DNA of 55,520 nucleotides, filler included, from Isurus oxyrinchus (taxonomy: Eukaryota), in NCBI GenBank assembly GCA_026770705.1. It is 3 parts of 3 records of this genome, joined end to end, with 100 filler letters (N's around TTAATTAATTAA, not from the genome) between each part and the next. Parts side by side here need not be neighbours in the genome. Positions count along the whole stretch, not along the records: positions 1 to 21,921 come from JANJGN010005426.1; 2 more parts are not named here. One strand, written 5' to 3'. Shown here piece after piece: positions 1 to 14,330 of this stretch (position 1 is the stretch's first letter; each line of letters begins with the position of its first letter). The notes beneath the pieces are model-generated. The model ran no database searches and was not told the origin of the DNA. It worked only from the letters and a program-made list of their open reading frames with translations. Both the position numbers and the translations under genes were made by a program.

Positions 1-2244
1 GCCGCATTTTATTTCCATTATATATTTGAAACTCATTTACGTGTAGATTACGGGAATGGTATATCAAAGCTTGGCTGTATTATTATCTAGGGGAGGCTCC
101 GATAATGGCTACAATCTGGCAGGGATACATTAATTATTAAAAATAAAACTGCTGTTGAAATGTGGGATGATATTTAAACTCCGGAGTCCTGCTTCAGTGA
201 CTTGAGGATGATGCACTCCATTTTTTATTACCGATATGAGTACCCGAATAGTGTTTGAACAATTTTAAGCTGCCAACTTATAAATCTATCATGTGAAATA
301 CACGTTTAGAACAGAAGAGCTTTTATGTCGTGCCAACATAATCACAAACATGAAAACTTTACCAGAGTGTAGGTATAGGACCACCTTCTTATAATTTTTG
401 GTCATCTTAATTTATTAAAAGTAATATAATGTATTTGTCCGAAAGTGTATGGAATTATTTATTTAATTTAAGAAGAGTCACCTTAATTTAAACAAGCCTA
501 TTATTAACAAGAGACAAATCAGAAGGAGAATAAAATTATTAACAAATTTGGCATAATGGTGTTAAATATCACCAATATGAAAATAGAGTCTAAGTTCAGT
601 ACGAATTCATTACAAAAAAATCTCTCAAATGTGCTGCGCTGAGTCCAGGATTAAAGTTAAAACTCATGGTGGAGAATTTTTTAAATTATTTTCAATTAAC
701 TTGGAAAGCAACATGTTTCTTAGTCAACTGCCTTCAGCTCCATTGGATGTTGCTGTACAATTTAATTAATTATCTTCGTGTTTTGCCTCAGCAGTTTCAA
801 TGATTATATATTAATCTGAAAGTATGTCAGTGAATAATAGGAGTACAGTGTAAATATCTCCCAATTTGTTAAATTCTTGCTCTGTTACAATGTCCCTGTT
901 AGAGACATAAATTACCATGAATGTAAATTATTTTGATGAACCTGTTCTCAGCCAAACTAACTCTAAGGCTGTTGTGAAAACTGCACACAGACAGGGAGAA
1001 ATTAAGGCCCATCAAAGGGAATTTTTCCATTTAGAATCAGAATAATTTCACAGAAGTGACGTGGTCATAAATTTACAAACGTTTTAATCTATTCAAACGG
1101 ATTAATGGATACTGGAGAAATCTATCTTTAACAGACTGATTTTTGCATCGTTAATGTCTGTTCTGTTTCTATGTGTGTGGTCACTGTGTGGGAATCGGGA
1201 GCCTTCTGGCTGTTTGTGAACTTTCTGGTTCATTGTCCTGTAATTCAGGGAATTCATTTCGAACCATTTATTTAAGAAGTTTGTATATCCGAGAAAGGTG
1301 CAAATCTGTTCTAAAGTTTGAGAAGGTGCCTCAGAAATCAGATCAGTATTCCAGTTTGTGGAATTCAGAAGGAAAGCAAAATGTAGAAAGATATTTTTCT
1401 GTTCAGTGTTTGCTGTATCAGAGCCGGTGGTTTGTTGATGGCCCAGTCTAAGCACAAGTTTTAACTAACAATGCGGAATAGAGGGCGTTTTAGAATGCAT
1501 CCCACCATTACTGTTCCTGAAATACAGCGCTTCACAGGACTGTGCAAAGAGACTTTTAGTATAATTCACTTGTTCTGTATCTGACATGAGAGTGTTGGCA
1601 TTGTCAATGGTCAAGGAACTTTAACCACTATCAAACATATTAATTGCTCCGAATTAGATATGTAAAAGTAAATGCTTAAATTCCTCCAATGAAGTAGCAG
1701 ATCGTTAATTTAACGTACATTTCATTCTTAAAAAAAAGCTATGTTTGTGATGAAGGCTTGATGATTAAACATTTTCAATATGAGATAATATTTGAATCAG
1801 ATTGGCCTGATCTAAAGCTCAATTTCAGGACAGTTACAGGAAGTGACGGTAACGTTACCTTCTGCGATATGATCGAATCTGAAAATAAATTGAGCAACTT
1901 AAATGGACATTATGGTGCCTTACCCCGTGTCTCATACAAACTACGGTGGGAAGGAAAGCTGGAAAAATATGAGTTTAATTTAACTCAGTGCACAACCTGA
2001 TTCCAACTGCCCGAAGGACATTTGATGAACTATCAGAGAGGCAGTTTTACTCTTGTTCCAAGGGCTTTACTAGGGCTGTGGGTTTTATGTGGAACTTCAA
2101 TGTTCTTCTATCTTGTATCTAATCAGTACAGTCTGTGAACTGTAAACATTTGATTATGTGGTGGAGATGAAACACCTTTTTCTGGACATGTATCTATTCA
2201 TGCATCCATTTTTCATCCAACGATGCAAAGATCGATATATTGAA

Positions 2245-2630
2245 TGGTCTATCTATCTATCGATCGATCTGTCTTTCTACATATCTGTCTACCTGCCTAT
2301 CATGTCTATCTGTCTATCTCTCTCTCTCTCTCTATCTTCTATCACTCTCTATCTCTATCTCTTTCTATCTCTCTCTCTCTCTCTATCTATCTATCCAACC
2401 ATCTGTTTATCTGCCTGTCTCTCTCNNNNNNNNNNNNNNNNNNNNNNNNNNNNNNNNNNNNNNNNNNNNNNNNNNNNNNNNNNNNNNNNNNNNNNNNNNN
2501 NNNNNNNNNNNNNNNNNNNNNNNNNNNNNNNNNNNNNNNNNNNNNNNNNNNNNNNNNNNNNNNNNNNNNNNNNNNNNNNNNNNNNTACCGATCTCTTTAA
2601 CTCTCTATCTATCTATCTATCTGTTTATCT
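2245..2630. repeat. (TATC)n/(TC)n microsatellite spanning an N gap, in the IgH J-C intron
   Basis: TATC and TC runs on both sides of the gap 2426-2585. Confidence 0.9.
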
Positions 2631-3419
2631 AACCAAGATAGCTGATAATAATTGATTATTTGTAAACATCATTGTGCATTGGCAAATTTGGAGAGTTAAT
2701 TCAGAATTGTGATAGACCGAAAGCTAACTATCCATGCTATCAAATAGTCTCATTGAACAATTCTGGGTCATGCTTTATAAAAGTGCTAAAAAATTGCCTG
2801 TAAGTAATGAAACTAGTCGATCCACCCGTTGGAGTTACATAATCTTTAGAGCAAATGCTGCCAAGCATCATCCAAGTTTATCCTCTGAAAACGACAACGT
2901 GTTGATCATGAAACTAGAATAGATTTGTGTAAAAACCCCTCTGGCTCACTGATGTCCTTCCTGGAAGATAATCGGCCATCCTGGCCCAGAGATAGCTAAC
3001 TGTTTCTGTATTACAATAGTCATTTGCTGGCGATAAGAGGTTGATAGTAAAATACTTTAAGCGAGAGCTCATTGGAAATAATGTGGAAGCGTGTAAAGTG
3101 AAAGTGTTTGAGGAATGATTGATGTTTTCTTCAATAGAGGAGCAAGGGCTGGAGGAAGCCCAGGTTACAATATCCCGTATTTAACTCGCAATTATGTGGC
3201 CTCATGTAAAGTATTTCCCTTTTCCGACTTGTGCAACATCTTGTGTACAAGACTGGCCATCATGGCAGCGTGTCCTGTCGGGCATATCAACTCCTAAATG
3301 CAGTTTATTACCAGGATATTTTGGAAATTAATTATATCAATATTAAACTTCGAACAATTTGCTTATTTCATAATCACGAATCACATTTTTAAGTTGTTCA
3401 ATTGACTCTTAATTCGCAG

Positions 3420-3719
3420 TGACACCGTCTCCCCCCACCCTCTACGCTCTGCTCTCCTCCTGTGAACAAGCAAACACTGCCGGCTCCATCACCTACGGCT
3501 GTTTGGCTGCGGACTACTCCCCCGAAATCACCAGCGTTTCCTGGAAGAAAGATCAAGAGACGATCACAGCTGGATTGAAGACTTACCCATCAGTACTGAA
3601 CAAGAAGGGAACCCACACCCTGAGCAGCCAGTTAACCATCACCGAATCAGAGGTGGGAAGCAGCACAATCTACTGCGAGGTTCGAAGGAGCAACTCGGTC
3701 TGGCGGAAGGAAATGCCAG
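3420..3719 (+). CDS. IGHM: IgM heavy chain constant exon CH1
   Basis: Acceptor ttcgcAG|, donor |GTtcgt, phase 1-1, 300 nt. Encodes (V)[14 protein letters not shown]...[19 protein letters not shown]...SSQLTI...IYCEV; C1-set with an extra N-terminal Cys (light-chain bond), typical of shark mu CH1. Confidence 0.95.
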
Positions 3720-4630
3720 GTTCGTGTTGTGGGATGCACAGGGCGGCAGTGGCGGGGCTGGGTGAAGGGTGAACGTGGTCAGCAAATGAGTTATGTTCAA
3801 ATTCTGCATCACATGGGTTAGAATGGATTGAGAATATTATGTATAGTTCAGGTGCCCATATCACACTTAGTGCATTGTGGATACCTGTATTCTCCACATC
3901 ACACTTAGTGTGATATGTACAGCTGTGATCTCCGCATCACAGTTATTGTACTGTAGACAGTTTTTTCTTCCACATCAAAATGTAGTGTACTGTGTATAAT
4001 TAGGGCCTCCACATCATAAAAGGTGTATTGTGTGCAGTTATTCCCTCCAAATCATATCGAATATACCATATGTAGTTCTGGTTTCCATGTAAGGAAAATG
4101 CTACAGGGGCGTTGCAATCGGAGCTAAACTATTTACAAGGACATTACCAGAGCTGATAGATTACTTCTGTCATGTAACTGCGAACAGGTTGGTGGTCAAT
4201 TCTCTACAAAATAAAAAATTGTGGTGTGACCAAATAAAGGTCCTCAGACTTCTGAAATAATTTGATACATTAGACAAGAATTAGAGCTCATGTTTACAAC
4301 AGAATGTTAAAAAGAAACGATTGGCTATTCTGAATCTTTACACAAAGAGTGAGCAGAATGTGGGAATTCCTGTAGGTGAGATGTTACCGAAACTCTGTTC
4401 AGGGGAATCTTAATAGATACATGAGGGAGAATGTAAGGGAGGTATTTTTTTTTTCTGCTGAGAGGTGAAATAGGGCGAGAGGATGTTCGTGTGGATCCTA
4501 AACTCCAGCATTGTACTATGGGGCCGGTTGGCCTGGTTCTGTCCTGTGGATTTTATGTAATTAGTTTTACAGTTTTTAATTGTTTGGTTTGAAGCAATTT
4601 TAATTCCAAATAATATATATTTTCTTGCAG

Positions 4631-4942
4631 TTATTGTGGTGCATCATCCGACTGTTCTGCTCACCGTGAGCCCCAGTGAAGAAATCACAAGCAGCAGATT
4701 TGCAACCATCATCTGTTCAATCATTGATTTCCGTCCAAATTCAATCAAGGTGAAATGGCTGAAAAATGGACAAGCCATGGCCTCCGGCTTCGTCACCTCT
4801 CCCGGCTTTGAAGTGAACAGGAACTTCTCGGCGACCAGTCGGTTGACAGTCCCCGCTGGGGACTGGTTCAGTCACACGCTCTATACCTGCCAGGTCACTC
4901 ATAAAAGGGTCACCCAAAGCCGAAACATCACCAAACCTGAGG
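4631..4942 (+). CDS. IGHM: IgM heavy chain constant exon CH2
   Basis: Acceptor ttcttgcAG|, donor |GTaaga, phase 1-1. [11 protein letters not shown]...[23 protein letters not shown]...[14 protein letters not shown]...YTCQVTH, a C1-set domain. Confidence 0.95.
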
Positions 4943-5559
4943 GTAAGAGACACAACCCGAGGAAGTTCAAGGCCATTCTTGGTGTCAATCTCTTCCAAGC
5001 CAAGAAATATTTTGGAATGATTAAACGTCAGCGATTGTGTCCCATTTGCCAACTTGCCCATTTGTGTTTCCTTCCAAAGGAAACAAGAACACACTAAAGA
5101 AATCCTTTCATTTATAAAGCGCCCTCCCCAGCATCAGATTTTCCCAAAACACTTAGCAGCCAATGAATGACCGTGGAAATGTGCTCATTGTGGTAAAGTA
5201 GAATATTCAGCAGCGATTTGCTGCACAACAGTCACCAAGACCCTGGGACATGATGCTGACAGGATTTATTTATTTATTTTTTGATTTCATTCTGTTTGTT
5301 CAGGTACACATGTTGTCCAGGAAATAGACACACTTCAGCTCAGCATTTCGAACGTTTTCTTTTCATTTTTATTTCAAATTTCCAGCAATATTTGGCTTCT
5401 GGAACTAAAGACCATTATTGGTTTTGCTGTTGGGGAGTTAAACTAACTCAGGAGGAGCGTGGGAACAACGAGAGAATTTCAGCATGTAATAGCATGAATT
5501 CTGGGAGAGGCAGCTAACTCTAAAAGAGGGAATAGTCAGTTAATAGGCGGAGTCAGGAT

Positions 5560-7480
5560 AAGGGAGCAAACAATGAATTCTAAATTAGCGTTGCACTGCA
5601 TGTATGTGCATGCATGGAAAATAGTTAATAAAATGTGGGAGTTACAGGCACAGATTGCCTTTTGGGATTATTATGATAGGGTGATAACGGAGACCTAATT
5701 TAAGGAAGGACAGAATTGGGTGATACAAGATGTTCATAAAAGACAGGAAAGGACACAAACTGGAGGCGGGGTCGTGGTGGCGTTTTTGTTTAAGGAGAGT
5801 ATTTCAGTACTGGCGAAAAATAATGTGTCAGGCGATTCAAGGACAGAACCAATTTGGCTGGAGCAAAGGAATAAGAATGGTGCAATTACATTGCTGGGTG
5901 TAATGTATAGACCGCAATAGCTAGTGGGAAGATGGAGAGGAGCAAGTAAATAACAGAGAGCTGTAAATATCATCGAGTAGTCATAACGGAGGGGGAAGGG
6001 TACATTACCCGAATACATACTGGGATAGTAGTACTGTAAGGGGCAGTGAGGGAGCAGCATTCCTAGATCATATTCTGGAGAATTTCTGACAGCAGTGTGT
6101 GTCCAGTGCAAGGAGAAAGGAGGCACTGCTAGACCTGGTTCTTGGGAATGAGGTGGGCCAAGTAAAGAAACTGATAGGAGGCGAGCATTTAGGGGACAGT
6201 GATCATTGTATCATAAGGTTTAGGATGACGGTGGAAAATGACATTGATCAATCCAGGGAAAGAGCAGCCAACTGGCAGAGAGCAGACTTCAATGGGGCAA
6301 GAATGGGCCTGGGCCTGATAGACTGGAACCAAAGGTTGGTGGGAAAAACAGTAGCTGAACATTGGGCTAACTTCAAAGAGAAGATGGTTTTGGCGCAGTC
6401 TAAGTATGTTCCCTCAAAAGAGAAGGGCAGGAGAAACAAGTCCAGAGCTCCCTGGATGGCAAAGGAGATAGAAATTAAGTTAAGGAAGAAAAGATGTCTT
6501 ACAACAGGTGTCTGGTAGCAAATACATTTGAGAACCAAGCTTAATTCAGAAGTTTCAGAAAGGATGTGTAAAAGCAAATACGAGAATCAAAGAGGGATTA
6601 TGAAAAAAATACTGACAGCTAACATAAAAGGAAATCCCAAGGTATTCTATAAGCATATCAATCGTAAAAAGGTTGTAAAAGGAGGAATAGACCGATCAGG
6701 GATCAAAAAGGGGATTTACACATAGCGGCAAGAGGCATGGCTGAGGTGTTAAATGAATACTTTGCAGCTGTCTTTACCTACGAGGTAGATACTGCCCAGG
6801 TTATGGTGACAGAGGAGGAAACTCAGTCACTAGAAGGGTTTGAAATTGCTAAGGATGAGGTATTGCATCAGCTGTCGGCTCCTAAAGTGGATAAGTCTCC
6901 GGGACAGGGTGATATTCGTCTAAGAGTATTGAAGGAAGTGAGAGTGGAATTGCAGAGGCACTGACAATAATCTTTCAGCGTCCCCTGCATTTGGACGAGG
7001 TGTTAAAGGACTGGAGAATTGCAAATATTACGCCCTTGTTCAAAAAAGTTTGTAAAGGTCTTCCCTGCAATTACAGACGATTCAGTTTAACTTCGGTGGT
7101 GGGGAAACTTCTAGAAACAATTATTCCGGATGGAATTAATATCATGTGGGATAATGTAGATTGATTAGGAAGAGTCATCATGGATTTATTAAAGGAAAAT
7201 CCTGTATAACTAACTTGCTGGAGTTTATTCAAGAGGTAACAGAGATGGTTAATGAGGGCAAGGCCGTTGATATGGTCTATTTGGATTTCCAAAAGGCTTT
7301 CGACACAATGCCACACAACAGACCTGTGAGGAAAGTTATAGATGATGGACTTAAAGGGACAATAGCTAACTGGATAAATATTTATATATATAAATGATGT
7401 AGATCTTGGTTTGCAGGGGGCAATTTAAAGGATTGTGGAGGATGCAAAACTTGGGAGAATTTGGAGAAAGGTGACGTCAC
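5560..7480 (+). mobile_element. Degraded CR1-clade LINE ORF2 (APE endonuclease + RT) in the CH2-CH3 intron
   Basis: Fragments GGGVV..LFKE, LLDLVL..EHLGDSDH, HHGFIKGKSCITNLLEF, VYLDFQKAFD; many stops and frameshifts. Confidence 0.9.
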
Positions 7481-8529
7481 ACTGACAAAGCAGGCATTCC
7501 TGGGCCTTAACAGTTGATGTTGAAGTTGGTGCCTCCCACAATACAATACTCACCCAGTACTACATTGCTGGTATCAGCTACACTTGTGTTCAAACATCTG
7601 GAGTGGGGATTGAACCCATGTTCTTTCTGAATCAGAATCCCCGGTGTCCAGGATTCTATTAGCTCACAAAACACGGTGACATTTTGTTCAAGAGTTGGAC
7701 AGTGAGTGGGGAGTCAATGGTTTTAGTTTTACCCGAAATTGATTGTGGGTAGAATCGGTGTCTGCAGGCCTTTAGTGGTAATTGCCCACGACTTCAATTC
7801 TGACAAAGATATACACTTTATTTCTGCTGCTGTTTTCAGACTGAGCAGCGCTGATAGCAGTTTGCATAGTCTCGGCTGCATTTCTTTGAGTACAATAGTC
7901 TAATGAGTGATCGAATTGCGGTGTTTCAGTTAATTAATAAAGTGGGGAGAAAATGCTTAGTCCTCCAAATTAGAGATAGGAAACTAGTGAGGAAGCCGAT
8001 TTTGGCAACATTTTCCTCACACTGTGAAATATTATCACTTTCATTTTCCCCAAGAATTTCTGAGGCTGGGAATCAATTGACATTTCAAAAAAAGAGATTA
8101 ACATTTTTTTTTGAAAATGTTATCGCACATGACAGAACGAGGAGGATAAATGGGGTTAAGGCACACATTATTCTTACAGAGAGACATAGAGAGCTGAATG
8201 GTCTCCTCCTGTGCTGTTAGCGTTCTATCATTCTCTGATTCCTTGATTTCGGGACGAGTAATATTCTGTCTGTAAGACGATTGTACCTGAATTTATTCAC
8301 ATTGTTGGACCGGCATTTGGTTTAGTCATTCCCACTGGTTCTGGCTGGAAATACACAGGGAATGTTATGGAGTCTCCCGGAATTATTGCAAGTCATTGAC
8401 CTTCAAACAATGAAGGCGTTAACAGGGCAGGGGGAGATCAGGTAAATATTCCTGTCGTGAGAGTGAAAGCTGAATACCGGATTTCTGATTCTGATGATGT
8501 TTTGGTTGACATTCATTTCTGCTTCACAG

Positions 8530-8835
8530 TTTCCGACTGCAACGACCCCGTAATTACTCTACAGCCGCCGCCAATAGCACAGGTCTTACTGGAGGCGACA
8601 GTGACCTTAACCTGTATCGTGAGTAACGCCCCTTATGGAGTCCTTGTGTCCTGGACACAAGAACAGAAGCCTTTGAAATCAGAGATTGCTGTCCAGCCGG
8701 GAGAGGATCCTAACAGCGTGGTCAGCCACCTGAACATCTCAACACAAGCCTGGCTGAGTGGGGCTGAGTTCTACTGCGTGGTGAGCCATCAGGATCTGCC
8801 GACTCCTTTAAGAAATTCCATCCACAAGGAAGAAC
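8530..8835 (+). CDS. IGHM: IgM heavy chain constant exon CH3
   Basis: Acceptor ttcacAG|, donor |GTgagt, phase 1-1. [14 protein letters not shown]...VTLTCIV...VSWTQE...[21 protein letters not shown]. Confidence 0.95.
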
Positions 8836-9333
8836 GTGAGTGCTGAGAATGAATCAATAAGTGAGAGAGTGTGCAAATTCCCGGTGTAAGTTTAAGAACC
8901 AATAATCAATGCACAATGTACTAATGAGCAAGTCTGATTGGCAATTTCACTAACTATAACCCCTTGGTCCGTAAATGATGCATTTAAGTAGTAAATTCAT
9001 ATTTAGGTGAATGAACAAGAAACTGTGCTGCAGGGTTTGATTATATAATGTGGGAGGAGCTTGGTGTGGAGTTCAGACACCAGTACAGAGCTGTTCGGCC
9101 GAATGGCCTGTTACTGTTACTGATGAAACTTTCCAGTCCAATCCCGCATATTCTCAGAGCGAATGATTGCATCCACATCTGCTCCGATCTAGAAAGCCGG
9201 TCAGACCCCAAAGTGGAAAATGGAGATCTTGAAAAGTCAAAACAAAACACATTTCTCTCACATCTAACCACTGGTGTCATTGTCCCTGGAATTCTCCAGT
9301 TTTTTTTTTACATTTATTGTCAATTTTTTGCAG

Positions 9334-9725
9334 CTAAATATCCGCGGGAACCGTCCGTCTCTGTCCTCCTGCCCCCGGCTGAAGATGTCTCCGCTCAGAG
9401 ATTCATTTCCCTCAGCTGCTTAGTGAGAGGTTTCTCCCCCCGAGAGATCTTCGTCAAGTGGACCGTCAATGACAAGCCGGTGAATCCGGGGAACTACAAG
9501 AACACCGAGGTGATGGCGGAGAACGGCAATAACTCCTTCTTCATGTACAGCCTGTTATCCATTGCAGCGGAGGAGTGGGCCAGCGGCGCTTCTTACTCCT
9601 GTGTGGTGGGACATGAAGCCATTCCCTTGAAATTCATCAACAGAACGGTTGATAAATCCAGCGGTAAACCGAGTTTTGTGAACATTTCCCTTGCACTGAT
9701 GGACACCGTTAATTCATGTCAATGA
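9334..9725 (+). CDS. IGHM: IgM CH4 exon with secretory tailpiece; internal donor for the membrane form after 9663
   Basis: Acceptor tttttgcAG|. [15 protein letters not shown]...[18 protein letters not shown]...YSCVVGHE...DKSSG then [19 protein letters not shown], with the tailpiece N-glycan sequon and penultimate Cys. Donor G|GTAAAC at 9663/9664. Confidence 0.96.
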
Positions 9726-9761
9726 GAATCTATCACTTACTTTTCGAACTTTAGTAGAAAT

Positions 9762-9767
9762 AATAAA
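9762..9767 (+). terminator. Polyadenylation signal for secreted mu mRNA
   Basis: First AATAAA, ~37 nt after the tailpiece stop. Confidence 0.7.
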
Positions 9768-10729
9768 GGATCTTCCTCCAATTGTGAATTAAATACACAG
9801 CCACTTAATTAATTATTTTTTTTCCAGTTTTGCTAATGTTAGGCCTGTTTAGTTGATGTCGGGAATTTACAGGTCTCAGACCCGAGTCTTGTGCAATCCG
9901 TGCCCCCAGCTCAGATACACCCTGGGTTAGAGACAGAATAAAGCTCATTCATTACAGAATCCTGTAAAGTTACTTCACCAACTTGCCCCTCGCTGAGGTG
10001 AATTCTGACCATTTCCCATTTCCCACTAGCACACACAGTGGCAGCATTCAGATCCCATTGTTCCTGCTTCACTTTTCGTCCATCCATTCAAACTTCTACC
10101 AGCCGGATGTTGCCACATCGCACCCACTGGGAACTGAAGTGAGGGTCACAAGGGAAGGTGAAATCTATCTCGACTTAGCCAACATAGAAATGGGGAAGGG
10201 CATTAGCTAACGCAATGCACCTGCACATCCCCAACACAGATAACCGGAGTGGAAATTGTTTAGCCAACGAGAGAGAGTGGAGAGGGGAACATTAACTCAC
10301 TAACCTCCCAATCCCAGTCACAGAGGGTTTAGAAGTGAACAGCTGTCTATGATATGAGTTCAGATACAAGGCGGCTTCTAGCTTCCTGCGCTCAGATTGT
10401 AATCTTCAATCATGGCAAACATATCATGGCAAATCATGGCAAAGTGATGTTTTGAAATGATTTTCAATCTCTTGTTCTTGTAAATCACAAGTTGCCAATG
10501 ATTTTTCATAATCCAAATCTGAACTGCTGTTTCCATCCTTCCTGTTTTTCCGGTACTGTTTCTAATGTTTCTGGGGAACCTCTGTTTAATTGTTGCATTC
10601 TATCGCTTGATGTCACATTGAACCCCAAAGAAAACACATTCATACATAGAATGGCGAATTGTGTTCTCCATCGATCATACCTTCACTGTCAGGCCACGTT
10701 ATTGATGTTCAGTGATACAAGAAACAACA

Positions 10730-11491
10730 ACATAATACACACACACACTGACATAAGCTCATAAACACACACACACACACGGACTCACGTGCACACACAG
10801 AAACACACACAAGCACGCACACATACTCACACACACATTGACAGAAACAATGCAAGTGCACGAGTACATAACAATACACACATAAACACACACATGCACA
10901 CATACACACAGGCAAAGACAGACAGACACACACCCTGGCACAAGATCACACGCACACACAGACACACACACACACACACGCACACACATACACACACACA
11001 CATATACACATACAGACAAAGACAGGCTCACACACACCCTGGCACAAGATTACCTACACACATGCACACTCACACACACACAACAAAGACACACACACAA
11101 TCTGACACCAGATCTCTCTCTTTCTCTCTCTCACAGACAAATGCACACAGCGACACAGAGATACAAACACATGCATACACAACCAGTGATAGGAAAATGC
11201 ACACACAATAGTACGTAAAACATACACACATACACACACCCAAACACCCACACATACACACACACAGACAAAGACACTGTCACACACACCCTGGCAAAAG
11301 ATCACAAACGGACTCACACACACATAACAAAGGCACACACCCAATCTGAAACCAGATCTCTCTCTCCGTCTCTCACAGACAAACACACACAGAGACACAC
11401 ACATGCACTGAAACCAAATTGCGTACAAACACGTACACAAAGGCAGGCACACACACACAAACATGAACAAGCACACACATCCACATGAACA

Positions 11492-11524
<33 letters not shown>

Positions 11525-12165
11525 TCCCGCGTGCACTGGATCATGCTCACATGCTCGAACAAATCAACACAGAAGACATACACACATGCAGACAAAAACA
11601 CGCAGACAGACATACACACACACATACACACACACACACATACATAAACAAGCAAACACATCCACGCACAAACACGCACACACAACATTGGATCATGCCC
11701 GAACACATAAACAAAGGCTGACATAAACACAGTGAGAGAAAAGCACACGGACAGGCACAGATGCACATATAAGCACACACACACATACGTAAACAAGCAC
11801 ACACATCCCCACACACACACTAACATCCACACACACACACAAATGCACACAGGCTTTGACACAGACATGCACACACAGACGCACTTACAGACACACAAAC
11901 ACATGCATATATGAACACGCATACAGTTATGCACAGATATACACACATTCAGGCACACATGCAGGCAGACAGATGCACACACACTAACACATCCACTGGA
12001 TCATACACATATGCCCGAACAGATAAACACAGACTGGCATTGACACAGACAGACAAAATTACACAGACAGACACAGAGGCACACACGCATGCATGCACAT
12101 ACACAGACACACACACAAACATACAAACATACATAAACAAGCACACACATTGACGCACACACACA

Positions 12166-12203
<38 letters not shown>

Positions 12204-12617
12204 AACGCACTCTGATAGACACACACAAACATAGGCATGCGCACACACACACTCACACATGCATAAACGAGCATACATACAGGCATACACCGACATACAC
12301 ACATTCGTGCACACACGCAGGCAGATAGACACACACACCCACCCACTGGATCATGCACACTTGCCCGATCACATAAACACAGACTGACATTGACACAGAC
12401 AGACAAAAGCACGCACCCAGACACAGAGGCATCACACACACACAAAAGCATATGTAAACAAGCACACACATCGACATACACACACACACATTCACACACA
12501 CACACATTCACACACACACACATTCACGCACACACACATACACAAACACACACACATTTGGATAGATACAAACCCACAGACATTGAAGCAGACATGCACA
12601 CACACATGCACTTACAG

Positions 12618-12648
<31 letters not shown>

Positions 12649-13000
12649 CATACATGAGATCGCATACAGGCAAAACAGAGGTACACACATTCGAGCACAC
12701 AAGCAGACAGGCAGACAGAGACACACAGAAGCACACATACATCATAAAGAGAAACACACACTCACACACATCCAGACACAAGATCACACACACACATACG
12801 CAAACACACACACAATCACACAGGCATATACACAAACCCGCGCACACATATTCACACAAACACACACACACACAAACACATGGACGCATACACACAAAAA
12901 CAAATTGAGTCACACGATCAAAACACACAAACACACATGTAAACGCACACCCACACACTGATAAAATACACACACAAACACACACACAGGCAGAAGATCG

Positions 13001-13031
<31 letters not shown>

Positions 13032-13321
13032 AAACATGCATAGGTACACAGAAACAAACACACAGGTTCGTGCATAGGCACGGGAAAAGAGGCACACGTA
13101 CACAAACACGTGCAAGCATGCATGGATACATAGGCAGGCATACACGCGCACACACATACACATACATACACAAGCACAAGCATACATATACACACAAACC
13201 AGCACACAGACACATATACACATAGCCACACACACAAGCACACAAGAATGCACATGCAAACACAGACCCACACAATGATAAACATGCACAGGCATACACA
13301 CACAAACAAACCCACACTCAC

Positions 13322-13354
<33 letters not shown>

Positions 13355-14330
13355 AGAGTACACATATACATAGAAAATATGCAGACATGCAACTCACAGG
13401 AACACACAGCACATATGCACAGATGCAACCTCACACTCAGAAATATACACTCACTCTCGACAAACAGACACACAGACAGACACACTCACGCACAAGCAAG
13501 CACCTGAAAATGCAGATATCCTCTCACACACATGCACACACAGTCACACACATGCAAACGGTTGTGAGCAAACACACAAACACACATGCATGGATGCACT
13601 CAACACACACAATTACAGATATACACAACCCCATAAACAGGCTCAGACAGGTCCTGTAAGTTTGTACATGAACATGTTCATTACTGTGCTTCAACGAGCA
13701 CAACAGTACAGAATTAAGGACACACTATCATACACAATAGTGCACATGCATAGGCATTTGTACACACACATTAAAAATCGACAAACGGGTACACAGACAA
13801 ATAGATGAGCAGACAGTAACATTTTCACAAACATAGTGCAAGAAACAACTATGAATACATCCACGCACTCACATTAAAACAAACATATGTAAACACACGC
13901 TTTAGTAAACATAGATACGTAAATATACATTAAGACAAAGCTAGAAACATCCAAGAACACATAACGGCACGCCTCAACATACTCACACGCTCATGGGGGC
14001 ACAATCATTAACATATCAAACATAGAACATAAAAAGGCACAATATCAGATATATTAACAGGCATGGACGTAAATAAACTCCTTAACACAGACATTAATAA
14101 GTGAACATAAACATCAACGCATACAGACACATTAACACACTGATACACATTCATTTACAAATGGACAAACATACACACAAAGGCGGGCCACATATAAATA
14201 AGCATATCAACACTCATGCCACATGAACACACACATCAACGCTCATACAACAGGGCACACAAACACAGTTAAAGGCAGAGCAAGAGATACACGTGCACAT
14301 ATACGCAAATATTTAAAAAACACAAAGGCA
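10730..14330. repeat. Large degenerate (CA)n-rich low-complexity tract in the CH4-TM1 intron
   Basis: Dense CA dinucleotides to ~13600, then decaying; source of the spurious His/Thr and Cys/Val ORFs. Confidence 0.9.

Noticed and set aside
1-3419. JH segment, RSS or switch region upstream of CH1
   Set aside because: By eye I found no WGxG-encoding segment with heptamer/nonamer and no AGCT-rich tandem repeats
9048-9333. N-terminal extension of the CH4 ORF (and similar flanks of the CH1-CH3 ORFs)
   Set aside because: Intronic read-through outside clear splice sites
10709-13808. Many overlapping His/Thr and Cys/Val ORFs
   Set aside because: Translations of the (CA)n tract, with no splice or domain support
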